This document shows, piece after piece, positions 39,166-48,973 of a stretch of 64,000 bases of DNA (its first letter is position 1; the number at the start of each line of letters is the position of its first letter). Origin of the DNA: Minisyncoccota bacterium. GTDB taxonomy: Bacteria; Patescibacteriota; Minisyncoccia; UBA6257; GWB1-50-10. The notes beneath the pieces are model-generated. The model searched no databases. It was not told where the DNA came from and saw nothing but the letters and a program-made list of their open reading frames with translations. The stretch covers positions 2,650 to 66,649 of the forward strand of contig JBAZZD010000003.1 in assembly GCA_041659005.1 (NCBI GenBank). The letters run 5' to 3'. The position numbers and the translations under genes were made by a program.

Positions 39166-39744
39166 ATGAAAAGGAATATTTTAATCATTTCAATTGTCGT
39201 CTTTGTTGTTGCAATAGCCACATTTTTTCTTTTCCGCAACAAAAAGGACAACATAATAATCTCAGAAGCTCCAAAATCTGTGGCAACAACAACAGAACCA
39301 ATTATTGAACAACCAAAAGAAACACAAGAAAGCACCACAGTAAATAGTGGAGCAGAAGCAACAAAACCAGAGGAACCTTTTATAAAACCAGAAACCGACC
39401 GCTTTGACATAAAAACAAACACGGGCATCGTCTCAGTTGTAAATGTATATAAAAAGTCTGTTGGGGATGGAGGATTCAATGGAACAATTTTTAAAGATAA
39501 TGATTTGTATTTTATTGCTTACTATCCGAGCCCAGAAGGATTTATTATAAGTATTCGCAGCACCAACACAGAAAAAGTTCGCCTAACAGCAGAAGGGGAT
39601 TTTATTGAAACATTAAAAATCAGCAAAACAGATGCGTGCAAATTAAATGTTTCTCTTTCTGTTCCAATGAGTATAGACGAAAATCTTTCTGGGCAAGATT
39701 TTGGATTAAGTTTTTGTCCAAATGGGAAGGCGTTTCCAAAATAA
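39166..39744 (+). CDS. Membrane-anchored hypothetical protein
   Basis: N-terminal TM, Thr/Glu linker, DACKL...GLSFCP. Confidence 0.7.
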   Translation: MKRNILIISIVVFVVAIATFFLFRNKKDNIIISEAPKSVATTTEPIIEQPKETQESTTVNSGAEATKPEEPFIKPETDRFDIKTNTGIVSVVNVYKKSVGDGGFNGTIFKDNDLYFIAYYPSPEGFIISIRSTNTEKVRLTAEGDFIETLKISKTDACKLNVSLSVPMSIDENLSGQDFGLSFCPNGKAFPK

Positions 39745-39775
39745 AACTTCACAGAAACATTTTATGTGGTTTTTC

Positions 39776-39807
39776 TAAAAACACCCAGCTATAGCGAGGT
39801 GTTTTTA
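39776..39807. terminator. Bidirectional terminator between convergent genes
   Basis: TAAAAACACC...GGTGTTTTTA. Confidence 0.6.
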
Positions 39808-40236
39808 TTGAACAAATTTTATCATAACGTGTCTGTCTTTCCCCGCTCCCGTGCTTTCGGTTATAAGTTCTGGGTGGGCAGTAATTTCCATATGAATAAT
39901 TCTGCGCTCATACCCATTCATTGGGGGAAGTTCAACCTCTTGTTTGGTCATCATTGCTTTTTTTGCCGCCGCCCTTGCTAACTCCACGATAATCCTTTCT
40001 CGTTCTTTCCGATAATAATTAATGTCGATGACGTGCGGAATTAATCCCTTTTTTTTAAGAATGGTATTAATGATTTGATCAAACGCGGGCAATATAGTGA
40101 TCATATTTTCTTCAATAAATCGGTTTTCGATAAGAATAATTACTTTGCGTCGCTCCTCGTCAAGAGAAACTTCAGCATTTGGAAATCCAATATTAGCAAC
40201 AAATTCTTTTACCGCCTCAATAATCGCTTCTTTCAT
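39805..40236 (-). CDS. jag: Jag/EloR-like R3H domain protein
   Basis: DINYYRKER, LPPMNGYERRIIH, TESTGAGKDR; canonical position after yidC. Confidence 0.88.
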   Translation of the reverse strand: MKEAIIEAVKEFVANIGFPNAEVSLDEERRKVIILIENRFIEENMITILPAFDQIINTILKKKGLIPHVIDINYYRKERERIIVELARAAAKKAMMTKQEVELPPMNGYERRIIHMEITAHPELITESTGAGKDRHVMIKFVQ

Positions 40237-40255
40237 AGCGTTTTCTAGTATACAA

Positions 40256-40927
40256 CTAATCTTCCAGTTTTGGCAATTTTTTATTAATGTATATCTGTTG
40301 AATAATCGCAAATATTGATGAAACGATCCAATAAATACTTAGTGCGGATGGGAGGTTTGAAAATATAAGGAGGGTAAGTACGGGTCCAACATATACCATC
40401 GTTTTGCCTATAGATGCGAGTGGGCTTTCGTTTCCTTCTTTTTTTAGTGTTGGAAGTGAAAGCTTTCCCTGAAAATACTGCAGTCCAGCCGCAATAGCGG
40501 GGAGAATGATTCCTTTACTTCCCAAATCAATTATTCCAAGCATCATTGTGCTCGCAAGTCCAAGACTTCCAAGCTGCTGCCCAAACAATTTAAACAAAGC
40601 AAAAAATATAGGAAGTTGAATAAGAATAGAAAAAATTCCAAAAAACGGATTAAAACTATATTTTTTATAAAGGCCCAATAATTCTTTTGCTTGCCTTTCT
40701 TTGTCGTCTTTATGATCAAGTTGAAGCTTTTTTATGTGTGGCTGAAGCTTTTGCATTATTGCTTGATCCTTTGCCCCTTTATAGAATAGTGGAAATAAAA
40801 CCACCCGAATAAGGATGGTGAGAAGTATTATCGCCACACCAAGATCTGAAAACGCAACCGAGTTGTAAATAAACAAAAGAACCGAAAGGAGCGGTTCATA
40901 AACATACAAATTAAATAATCCTGCCAT
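40256..40927 (-). CDS. yidC: Membrane protein insertase YidC/Oxa1
   Basis: GVAIILLTILIRVVLFPL, LQP.IK.LQ, QLPIF, LPSALSIYW. Confidence 0.95.
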   Translation of the reverse strand: MAGLFNLYVYEPLLSVLLFIYNSVAFSDLGVAIILLTILIRVVLFPLFYKGAKDQAIMQKLQPHIKKLQLDHKDDKERQAKELLGLYKKYSFNPFFGIFSILIQLPIFFALFKLFGQQLGSLGLASTMMLGIIDLGSKGIILPAIAAGLQYFQGKLSLPTLKKEGNESPLASIGKTMVYVGPVLTLLIFSNLPSALSIYWIVSSIFAIIQQIYINKKLPKLED

Positions 40928-41004
40928 GGGGACATTGTACTATAGATGAAGTACTAGGTATATAGTCGCTTCGCGCAGAAGAGAAGAAAAGAATATGAAA
41001 AGTC

Positions 41005-41259
41005 TTATGTCTTCTCTAATAAACTTAATAGGTCTTTTTCGATTTCTTTAAATGGTTTATTAATTATTTCTTTTTTTGGAATAATAAGCATTGGCGCAAC
41101 TCCTTTTTTTGTTTTTTTAACAATTACTCTCATTTGTCTCTTTATTTTGTTTCTTAACACTGCGGTTTTGAATATTTTTTTTGATAAAGAGAAGACGCAC
41201 GGCGTCTTTGTGTCGCGGTGCGTCTCTTTTTTAACAATGAAATATGTTCCCTCCACCAT
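41005..41259 (-). CDS. rnpA: Ribonuclease P protein component (short)
   Basis: SKK..KTAVLRNKIKRQMR (RNR motif variant); between rpmH and yidC. Confidence 0.85.
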   Translation of the reverse strand: MVEGTYFIVKKETHRDTKTPCVFSLSKKIFKTAVLRNKIKRQMRVIVKKTKKGVAPMLIIPKKEIINKPFKEIEKDLLSLLEKT

Positions 41260-41264
41260 AATAA

Positions 41265-41399
41265 CTATACGGTAAGTTTTTTTCTTCCTCTCGCACGTCT
41301 CCTCGCGAGCACTTTTCGTCCTCCAGGTGTGCTCGAACGCTCAAGAAATCCATGCGTTCCTGCTCTTTTTTTCTTCTTTGGTTGGTATGTTCTCTTCAT
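41265..41399 (-). CDS. rpmH: 50S ribosomal protein L34 (missing from the ORF track)
   Basis: Manual translation: [44 protein letters not shown]. Confidence 0.97.
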   Translation of the reverse strand: MKRTYQPKKKKRAGTHGFLERSSTPGGRKVLARRRARGRKKLTV

Positions 41400-41615
41400 G
41401 TGTCGTTGCTACAAAACCTACGATACCACAGGGTCCTTGTTTCCGCAATAGAAATAGCAGCAGATTCATAAAAATGAGTTATCAACAAGAAGTGCACAGT
41501 TAGAGCATAAATGGTAACTTTATTCAATATTGAAAGATTATATAATACACGTATCATTGATTGAGAAAAGAATTGTTTTCTTTTCTTTTGAAGTGGGTGA
41601 ACAAAAAACAACATT

Positions 41616-42995
41616 ATGAACCACAACGAACTTTGGAAAACAGTACTTGGAGAAATTGAGGTTCAAATATCACGTCCAAATTTTCTTACGTGGTTAAAAA
41701 ATAGTGAGCTTGTTCAAAAAGATGAAAAAGAAGGGATTGCGCTCGTTGGACTTCCAAATAACTTTGCTAAAGAGTGGGTAAAAAATCGTTATCATAAAAT
41801 TATTCTTGGTTCTCTTCGTAACGTTGATAGCAGCATCAAACAGGTTACCTATACAGTCCTTAACCATGCGGCGCAACAACCAACAATAAGGAGGGGGGAG
41901 GTTGTTCGCGGACTTGAGCTTGTTGACGAAAAAGCAAATCCGATTTCCGAACTATCAATTAATCAAAAAACAAATTTAAATCCAAAATATTCTTTTGATA
42001 CATATGTTGTTGGATCATCAAACGAGCTCGCATTTGCTGCTGTCCAAGCAATTATTAATGATGTTGGAAAAAAATATAATCCTTTATTTATTTATGGCGG
42101 TGTTGGTTTAGGAAAAACTCATTTGTTGCAAGCAGCAGGAAATGAGGTAACAAAAAAATATGGAGGAAAAATCCGCGTTTTATATTCAACGTCTGAAAAA
42201 TTTATAAACGACGTCGTGTGGTCTGTGCGCAATAAACGCATGGAGGATATGAAAAAAAAATATCGCGACATTGATATGCTTATTATTGACGACATTCAAT
42301 TTATTGGTGGAAAACCAGCCACTGAATTGGAGTTTTTTTACACATTTAACGCTTTGTATGAAAATAATAAGCAAATTATTATTTCTTCTGATCGTTCTCC
42401 GGCAGCAATTCCAACACTCGAAGAACGTCTTCGTTCACGATTTGAAGGTGGGATGATAGCCGACATTTCCTACCCCGACTATGAAATGCGCTTGGCAATT
42501 TTAAAAACAAAGGCTCAAGACCAGAATAAACTGATTGATGATTGGGTTCTTGAATATATTGCATCAAAAGTGCAACGCAACATTCGTGAGGTCGAGGGAG
42601 TTCTAAATAAGGTTATTTTTTATGAGGACTACAAAAAGCAAAAAATAGATCAGAAGAAATTGGAGGATATTATTAATGAAACGGTTCAAATTAACCAGAA
42701 AAATGTAAGCGCTCAGGATATAATAAAGACAGTGGCAGAATTTTATGAAATATCACAGGCAGACCTTATAAATCGAGGAAGAAAACAGGAAGTCGTTGAA
42801 CCTCGACAAATTGCTATGTTTCTTCTTCGTGATATGTTAAAACTTTCATACCCACATATTGGAGAAAAGCTAGGGAAAAGAGATCACACAACAGTAATTC
42901 ATGCGTGTGAAAAAATTGGAAAAGAGCTTACGCAAAACCCAAACCTAAATCAAAAATTAATGCTTATAAAAGAAAAAATGTTTAAAACATGTTAA
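41616..42995 (+). CDS. dnaA: Chromosomal replication initiator DnaA
   Basis: YNPLFIYGGVGLGKTHL, IIDDIQF, RLRSRFEGG, RDHTTVIHA. Confidence 0.99.
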   Translation: MNHNELWKTVLGEIEVQISRPNFLTWLKNSELVQKDEKEGIALVGLPNNFAKEWVKNRYHKIILGSLRNVDSSIKQVTYTVLNHAAQQPTIRRGEVVRGLELVDEKANPISELSINQKTNLNPKYSFDTYVVGSSNELAFAAVQAIINDVGKKYNPLFIYGGVGLGKTHLLQAAGNEVTKKYGGKIRVLYSTSEKFINDVVWSVRNKRMEDMKKKYRDIDMLIIDDIQFIGGKPATELEFFYTFNALYENNKQIIISSDRSPAAIPTLEERLRSRFEGGMIADISYPDYEMRLAILKTKAQDQNKLIDDWVLEYIASKVQRNIREVEGVLNKVIFYEDYKKQKIDQKKLEDIINETVQINQKNVSAQDIIKTVAEFYEISQADLINRGRKQEVVEPRQIAMFLLRDMLKLSYPHIGEKLGKRDHTTVIHACEKIGKELTQNPNLNQKLMLIKEKMFKTC

Positions 42996-43189
42996 TAACT
43001 ATTGAATACCTGTGGAAAAATACCAGTAATAATTAGTTCGCCGTCTAATAACTTACAATCAAAACAAAAATAATCCACAATACACAGTTCTTATTTCTTT
43101 TTTCTCCACAGATGAAAACGTAAATAACGTTTATATAACCTAATAAAAACTCACTTATCCACTTATCCACACCACTTACTACTATTACT
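42990..43189. promoter_or_regulatory. Replication origin oriC (DnaA boxes plus DnaA-trios)
   Basis: TGTTAATAA 42990, TGTGGAAAA 43011, TAATCCACA 43071, TTCTCCACA 43102, tandem TTATCCACT/TTATCCACA 43155-43171, then CTTACTACTATTACTA trio-like run. Confidence 0.88.
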
Positions 43190-44299
43190 ATGAAATGTAT
43201 TATATTAAAGAATAACTTAATAGAAGGGATGAATGCAGTTGAGCGATCAACGGGGTTTTCTTCTAACCTTCCAATTTTGAAGGATGTTTTAATAAAAACG
43301 GATCAAGGAAAAATTGTTTTTATTGCAACTAATCTTGAATTGGCAGTTACTGAAATAATTTCAGGGAAGGTTATTGAAGATGGTGTTGTTGCTGTTCCAT
43401 TTTCTATTTTTTCTTCAGTAGCAAAAAATTTAACATCAGACAGAATTACACTTGAAGAACAACAGGGAAATCTCTTGGTTGCTACCGATAATTATGATGC
43501 GGTTGTACAAGGACATGATGTAAAGGAATTTCCTATAATTCCAACACTTTCAACAAAAGATTTTTTTGTAAAACTTGATGTTAAATTATTTAGCGAAATT
43601 TTAGAAAAAGCGATAATTGCAACTCAATATTCTGAAATAAGGCCAGAAATAAGCGGTGTATTTTTAAAATATTCTCGCGATCACCTCATAGTGGCTGCAA
43701 CTGATAGTTTTCGCCTCGCAGAACGTGTCATAAGCTCAAATCAAGCATCCTCCTCGTTTGATGAGTCGTCAGTTATAATTCCGTTTAAAACAGCTGAAGA
43801 ACTAATACGAATACTTAAAAATGAAAAAGGAGAAATAATAATAAAGAGTGATGAGGGGCAGGTAGTATTTATTACCGAAAAAACAGAAATGGTTTCTCGA
43901 GTAGTTGATGGTATATTTCCTGAATATAAAGCCATCATTCCAAAAACAACAGAAAACGAAGTGACAATTGAACGAATTGAATTTATTAACGCATTAAAAC
44001 TTGCAAGTAGTTTTTCTGGAAAAACAAATGATATCACCGTTACTATTGGTGAAAGTAAAAAATATCTTGAATTATCTTCGGCTGATGCAACACTTGGAAA
44101 GAATTGTTATAAAATTCCAATAAAATTTAAAGGAAACCCACTTTCAATAATTTTTAATTGGAAATTTCTCCTCGATGGATTAAAAATATATTCTTCAAAA
44201 GAAATTACTATTGGTATTAATTCTAGAGAAAGACCGGCAGTTATTAAATCACAAAACGAACAAGATATTGTGTATGTGGTTATGCCAATAAGGAATTAA
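43190..44299 (+). CDS. dnaN: DNA polymerase III beta clamp
   Basis: ATNLE, RPEISGV, ATDSFRLA, FPEYKAIIP, YVVMPI. Confidence 0.97.
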   Translation: MKCIILKNNLIEGMNAVERSTGFSSNLPILKDVLIKTDQGKIVFIATNLELAVTEIISGKVIEDGVVAVPFSIFSSVAKNLTSDRITLEEQQGNLLVATDNYDAVVQGHDVKEFPIIPTLSTKDFFVKLDVKLFSEILEKAIIATQYSEIRPEISGVFLKYSRDHLIVAATDSFRLAERVISSNQASSSFDESSVIIPFKTAEELIRILKNEKGEIIIKSDEGQVVFITEKTEMVSRVVDGIFPEYKAIIPKTTENEVTIERIEFINALKLASSFSGKTNDITVTIGESKKYLELSSADATLGKNCYKIPIKFKGNPLSIIFNWKFLLDGLKIYSSKEITIGINSRERPAVIKSQNEQDIVYVVMPIRN

Positions 44300-46716
44300 T
44301 TCTGAGATCGATAAATAATTGTTGAGGCACTCGCTTCGTTTCCTGAAATATTTTTAGCTCTTATTTCAAAAGTATTTTGAGTTTCAAGAGGAGCAGAATA
44401 ATTGTATGAAAAAACATATGCATTTCCAGAAACGGGAAATGATTGTATTTTGTTTTTATTTACGTATAACTCAACTTGTTGAAGTTCTATACTCGGAGAA
44501 ACTATCTTAGCTCTTATTGTAAACGGACTTCGTAAAAAAGAACCTGTTTTTGGTTCTATATACGAAACACCAATAGGACCAGAGAAAGAATATGAAGTGA
44601 CAGATTGTTTTAATGAGAGTCCAGAACCACGAGCCCACGCAGAAACAGCAGCTTCCCAATTTTGATACTGAAAATCATTCCATGGATTAGTTGGGATTGG
44701 GCCAGTTGGGTTGTTTTTATCTACAAAATAAAGAATTGAATGAATTCCATAAGAAGTTTTCCATTCCCCATTTAACATTGGTTTTTCAGGGAGCGGAGAC
44801 GGTTCATTTTTGTTGAAATATTCTGGCTCAAACTGTGGCAGTGCGTCTTTTAAAAATGTATTCCACATCGGTATTGCTGCAAGGATGCTACTTCCCTGAC
44901 TATGCATTGCTGTGTTGTTATTATTTCCCGCCCACACACCAACTACAAGATTTGGGGTATATCCAAATGCCCACGCATCACGATAATCTTGTGTAGTTCC
45001 TGTTTTTAAAGCCACATCATATCCATCAAGCGTAGTAAGTCCTAGACTTGCTTGAAACGTTGGAGAACGAAGTTCTTTACTTGAAAGAATAGAATTTATT
45101 TCTCTTGTGTATGATTCGTCAAATACACGTTCATTTTTGTCTTTATATTCTTCTAATGTTTCACCGTTTGCTGTTTCAACTCTTAAAATCATACTCTGTT
45201 CATGAAGAACACCTTCTTGAGAAAGCACTGAATACGCCTTTAAAAGCTCCACAGGACGCACTTCTCCGCCTCCAAGAGTAAGAGTGAGGCCATACCGTGA
45301 TTTGTCCTTTAGTGTGGTAATTCCGAACGAGGAAAGATTTTTAATAATTGAATCAAGCCCAACAAGATATAACGTTTTTACCGCGGGTACATTGAGTGAT
45401 TGAGCAAGTGCTTGTTCCATAAAAACCGGCCCACGAAACTCTCCGTCAAAATTTTCCGGGCGATAACTGTATTCTGGTATTCCCCGTGTATCAAATTCTG
45501 TTTCTACATCAAACAATATAGTTTTTGGAGAATATCCTTTTGAAAAAGCGGTGAGATACACAAACGGTTTTAGTGCGGAGCCCGGTTGTCTTTTTCCTTG
45601 AAGTGCAACATTAAAATTTCCATCAAAAAGACAGTTTACCCCAGGCGTACATCCATTTGGTTCTGGGTCTCCAAAATAATCTTTTGATCCAACAAGGGCT
45701 AAAAGTTGTCCTGTTTTTGGATCTTCAACAATAAGGGCCGCATTTGTACCGCCGTATAATTCTGAGTTTTTCTTAGCCCCATCTTTTACTACTTCTTCTG
45801 CGAGGGTTTGTAATTTTGTATCAAGTGTCGTTGTAACTTTTAGTCCACCACTTGTTACGAGTGTTTCGCCATATTTCTGTACTAAATAGTCACGAACCGC
45901 AAGGGCAAAATGTGGTGCAAATATTTTTCCGAGTGAAGGCGGAGCAAAAACCGGTCGTTCTTTTTTTGATAATTCTGCAATATTTTTATTTATATATCCA
46001 AGTTCCTCCATTCGTGAAAGAACATAATCTCTTCGCGTAAGCAACTCCTGTTTTTGATTTCCCCACGGAGAATAATATGATGGGGCCTTTATCATGCTTG
46101 CAAGAATCGCTGCATCACTTATCGAAAGATTTTTTGCTGATTTATTAAAATAAAGTTGTGCGGCAGATTCTATTCCATATGCGGTTGATCCGTAGGGGAT
46201 TTGATTAAGATAAAATCCAAAGATTTCATCTTTTGAATATTTTGATTCAAGTTGTATTGCGAGAATTAATTCTTTTATTTTTCTTGTGTAAGTCCTCTCA
46301 TCAGAAAGAAGTGTCTTTTTAACCAATTGCTGTGTTATGGTGGATCCTCCTTGGGTGATCTTTCCCGATCTAATATTGTTCCACATAGCACGCACAATTG
46401 CTTTCCAATCAAATGCGGGTTGATGATAAAAATCACTATCTTCAGCGGCAAGTGTTGCCTGTTTTACTACTTCTGGTATTTCGCTAAATGGTATTACGGT
46501 CCTTTTTTCGTCGCCGTGTATTTCGTATATAAGGAATTTTCCAGTTCGGTCATAGAGTTTTGTTGTCTGGTTTACTGCGCGTTCACCAAAATTTTCTGGA
46601 GAAGGAAGTTTCTGTAACATCAAAACGATAAAAACAAAAACAACAACAACACACGCAATGATACCAAAAAAGAACGTTGCGAAAAGAAGTGGATATTGAT
46701 GTTTTTTATTTTTCAT
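44296..46716 (-). CDS. Class A penicillin-binding protein (PBP1A-type)
   Basis: GT51 motifs AEDSDFY, GGSTITQQL, RKIKE; transpeptidase GSALK, SLN, KTGT; C-terminal Ig-like domain. Confidence 0.95.
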   Translation of the reverse strand: MKNKKHQYPLLFATFFFGIIACVVVVFVFIVLMLQKLPSPENFGERAVNQTTKLYDRTGKFLIYEIHGDEKRTVIPFSEIPEVVKQATLAAEDSDFYHQPAFDWKAIVRAMWNNIRSGKITQGGSTITQQLVKKTLLSDERTYTRKIKELILAIQLESKYSKDEIFGFYLNQIPYGSTAYGIESAAQLYFNKSAKNLSISDAAILASMIKAPSYYSPWGNQKQELLTRRDYVLSRMEELGYINKNIAELSKKERPVFAPPSLGKIFAPHFALAVRDYLVQKYGETLVTSGGLKVTTTLDTKLQTLAEEVVKDGAKKNSELYGGTNAALIVEDPKTGQLLALVGSKDYFGDPEPNGCTPGVNCLFDGNFNVALQGKRQPGSALKPFVYLTAFSKGYSPKTILFDVETEFDTRGIPEYSYRPENFDGEFRGPVFMEQALAQSLNVPAVKTLYLVGLDSIIKNLSSFGITTLKDKSRYGLTLTLGGGEVRPVELLKAYSVLSQEGVLHEQSMILRVETANGETLEEYKDKNERVFDESYTREINSILSSKELRSPTFQASLGLTTLDGYDVALKTGTTQDYRDAWAFGYTPNLVVGVWAGNNNNTAMHSQGSSILAAIPMWNTFLKDALPQFEPEYFNKNEPSPLPEKPMLNGEWKTSYGIHSILYFVDKNNPTGPIPTNPWNDFQYQNWEAAVSAWARGSGLSLKQSVTSYSFSGPIGVSYIEPKTGSFLRSPFTIRAKIVSPSIELQQVELYVNKNKIQSFPVSGNAYVFSYNYSAPLETQNTFEIRAKNISGNEASASTIIYRSQN

Positions 46717-46771
46717 AAAATGGATCATAAACTTTCTTTAGAACACACACATTCATTATAAATTATAAAGA

Positions 46772-46807
46772 AAAACAAACCCCCGCGATAATGCAGGGGT
46801 TTGTTTT
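46772..46807. terminator. Terminator hairpin
   Basis: AAAACAAACCCC...GGGGTTTGTTTT. Confidence 0.7.
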
Positions 46808-46819
46808 TTTCAACTATTA

Positions 46820-46969
46820 CTAGTATTGATCAATCTCTTCATCGTCTGAAAATGAACTTATGTCTAACTTGTCATCTTCAACCCCATCTTTTGATGATGG
46901 ATCAAATATCTCATCCTCTAAAAGCCCCTCTTCTCCAGTTGAAATTCCGTCGTTGTGCAATTTTCGCAT
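46820..46969 (-). CDS. Small acidic protein (49 aa)
   Basis: MRKLHNDG...DDEEIDQY; lies between a TTGACA/TATACT promoter and a terminator. Confidence 0.5.
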   Translation of the reverse strand: MRKLHNDGISTGEEGLLEDEIFDPSSKDGVEDDKLDISSFSDDEEIDQY

Positions 46970-47035
46970 TGTATAAATAAAGGTGTACGTTGTTTTCGAC
47001 CTAAAACCCAATAGGGTATACACGCAATGAAGGTC

Positions 47036-47063
47036 AGTATAGTAAAAATATAAAATGTGTCAA
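47036..47063 (-). promoter_or_regulatory. Sigma70-type promoter
   Basis: TTGACA-16 bp-TATACT on the minus strand. Confidence 0.55.
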
Positions 47064-47064
47064 C

Positions 47065-47168
47065 CCCATTAGAGATAGGGAAAAAAATATCAATATCTAT
47101 AGCAGTAAATGAGGCACAAAAATAATATTATTATACAACAAGAATTTAACCATAAAATCTCTAACGGG
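47065..47168. mobile_element. Non-coding inverted-end element flanked by the 6-bp direct repeat GTCAAC
   Basis: GTCAAC|CCCATTAGAGAT ... ATCTCTAACGGG|GTCAAC. Confidence 0.8.
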
Positions 47169-47180
47169 GTCAACGGAATA

Positions 47181-47657
47181 TCAACCGATGTGATGGTTTT
47201 TTGCTGAGCCGGCAATGGCGGCAGCAATTGCGTCGGTTGCGTCATCTAAAACAGAAGATAAATCAATTTTAAAAAATAACGAGATCATTTTTTTCACCGC
47301 ATCTTTTGATGCCGATCCATTACCTGTTATCGCTAGTTTTATCTGTTTTGGTGTAAATTCTAAAATGGGAACGGCATATTCAGAAAGTGTTTGAGCTATA
47401 ACGCCACGAGCCTCAGCAACAGAAAGGGCCGTCTTTTGATTATTTGTAAAAAAAAGTGATTCAATAACAGCGCGATCTGGTTTTTGTTTTTTGATTATTA
47501 AAACAAGAGATTTTCTAATTTCGCATAAACGCTCTCCATGGGTTTTTTTATTTTCTGAGAGAACGCCAAATTCTTTTACTGTAAAAACCGTATTTTCTAC
47601 GGTTATTATTCCATATCCAGCGCGTGCAGTTCCAGGATCTATTCCAAGAATTTTCAT
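47181..47657 (-). CDS. ruvC: Holliday junction resolvase RuvC
   Basis: ILGIDPG, IESLFF, EARGV, G.G.ASK, DDATDAIA. Confidence 0.96.
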   Translation of the reverse strand: MKILGIDPGTARAGYGIITVENTVFTVKEFGVLSENKKTHGERLCEIRKSLVLIIKKQKPDRAVIESLFFTNNQKTALSVAEARGVIAQTLSEYAVPILEFTPKQIKLAITGNGSASKDAVKKMISLFFKIDLSSVLDDATDAIAAAIAGSAKNHHIG

Positions 47658-47659
47658 AA

Positions 47660-48973
47660 CTAAAACCCAACCTTTGACACTTCGCGCTGAGGAACAAGAG
47701 ACCTATCTAATGGAATTAATATAGAAAATGTTGTTCCTCGGTTTACTTCTGATTCTACTTCTATTTTCCCTCCATGTTGCTCAATAATATTTTTTGCTAT
47801 ATATAAGCCCAGCCCACTTCCATTTGGTTCTATTTGTACCACATTTGATCCACGATGAAGTTTTTGAAAGAGTTTTTGTAAGTCTATCGCGGGAATACCA
47901 ACGCCAGTATCCGAGATGGAGACTTTTATAAATGGTTTCGATTCTATTGGAAACACAGAAATAAGAATCCTTCCATTTTTTATATTGTACCTAATTGCAT
48001 TATCAATAATATTAAAAAATACTGCACTGAGTCTATTTTCATCAATATAGACCGGGACTGACTCGGAGAAACTTTCAAATTTTATTGATACGGAATATGC
48101 ATCAGCGAGCGATTTCATGTCGGCAAGAATCTTCTTTAAAAATGGGATAAGATCCTCATCTTTAAAAGAATATCCAAAGCGTCCTTCTTCGATTTTTGAG
48201 ATATCGAGCAAGTCATTGGTGATTTTTGATGCTCTATTCGCAACCGATAATGCCTCTTTTGCAATTGGATAAATTGTTTCGTTTCCTTTGCTATATTCAA
48301 CAATATTTTCAAGCGCCCAATGAAGCGCAGTAATTGGGGTTCTTAGTTGGTGTGCGGCAACATTAATAAAGTCTGTCTTTGCCTCAAGGACGCTTTTTTC
48401 TCGTGTGTGGTCTTTTATTACTTTTAAAAATCCAATCAAAGTGCCATCTTTGGTGGTTACTTGATTAAGCACCGCTTCTAACTCAAGTTTTGGTGCATCA
48501 AGAGAAATAGTTACGATTTGTGGCCACGTTCCCGGTTCCGATGTTTGTAGTGCCGCGGGAGCAAGAGAAGGAAAGAGTACCTGAATGAGCGGTTTTAATT
48601 CGTGCACCTTTGCAAGCCCAGGTTCCATTTGTTTTTCCAATACAACTTCTTTTGAAACACCCAAGAGTGACTCTGCTGCGTGATTAAATGTTTTAACAAT
48701 AAAGTTCGTATCGTATACGATTATTCCGTCATGCAAATATTCAATAATTGCCTCTTTCTCGTCATCCTTAAACTTTGTTTCAAAAGATAATCGTGTTATC
48801 TTTGCAAACGCTAGAAACGATATCCACGTAATACACCCAAAGAGAAATACTCCGCAAATAATAATGATCAATGTGTTATTAATAAAAAAAAGACACAGGA
48901 GAAAGATAACACACGAAAGAAGAAGCGCGAACCAGCGAATTTCTTTTGATTTAAAAAGTGAATTATTTATCAT
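47660..48973 (-). CDS. PAS-domain sensor histidine kinase
   Basis: Two TMs, PAS, H-box AAHQLRTP, N-box NAIRY, DTGVG, GSGLGLY. Confidence 0.93.
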   Translation of the reverse strand: MINNSLFKSKEIRWFALLLSCVIFLLCLFFINNTLIIIICGVFLFGCITWISFLAFAKITRLSFETKFKDDEKEAIIEYLHDGIIVYDTNFIVKTFNHAAESLLGVSKEVVLEKQMEPGLAKVHELKPLIQVLFPSLAPAALQTSEPGTWPQIVTISLDAPKLELEAVLNQVTTKDGTLIGFLKVIKDHTREKSVLEAKTDFINVAAHQLRTPITALHWALENIVEYSKGNETIYPIAKEALSVANRASKITNDLLDISKIEEGRFGYSFKDEDLIPFLKKILADMKSLADAYSVSIKFESFSESVPVYIDENRLSAVFFNIIDNAIRYNIKNGRILISVFPIESKPFIKVSISDTGVGIPAIDLQKLFQKLHRGSNVVQIEPNGSGLGLYIAKNIIEQHGGKIEVESEVNRGTTFSILIPLDRSLVPQREVSKVGF

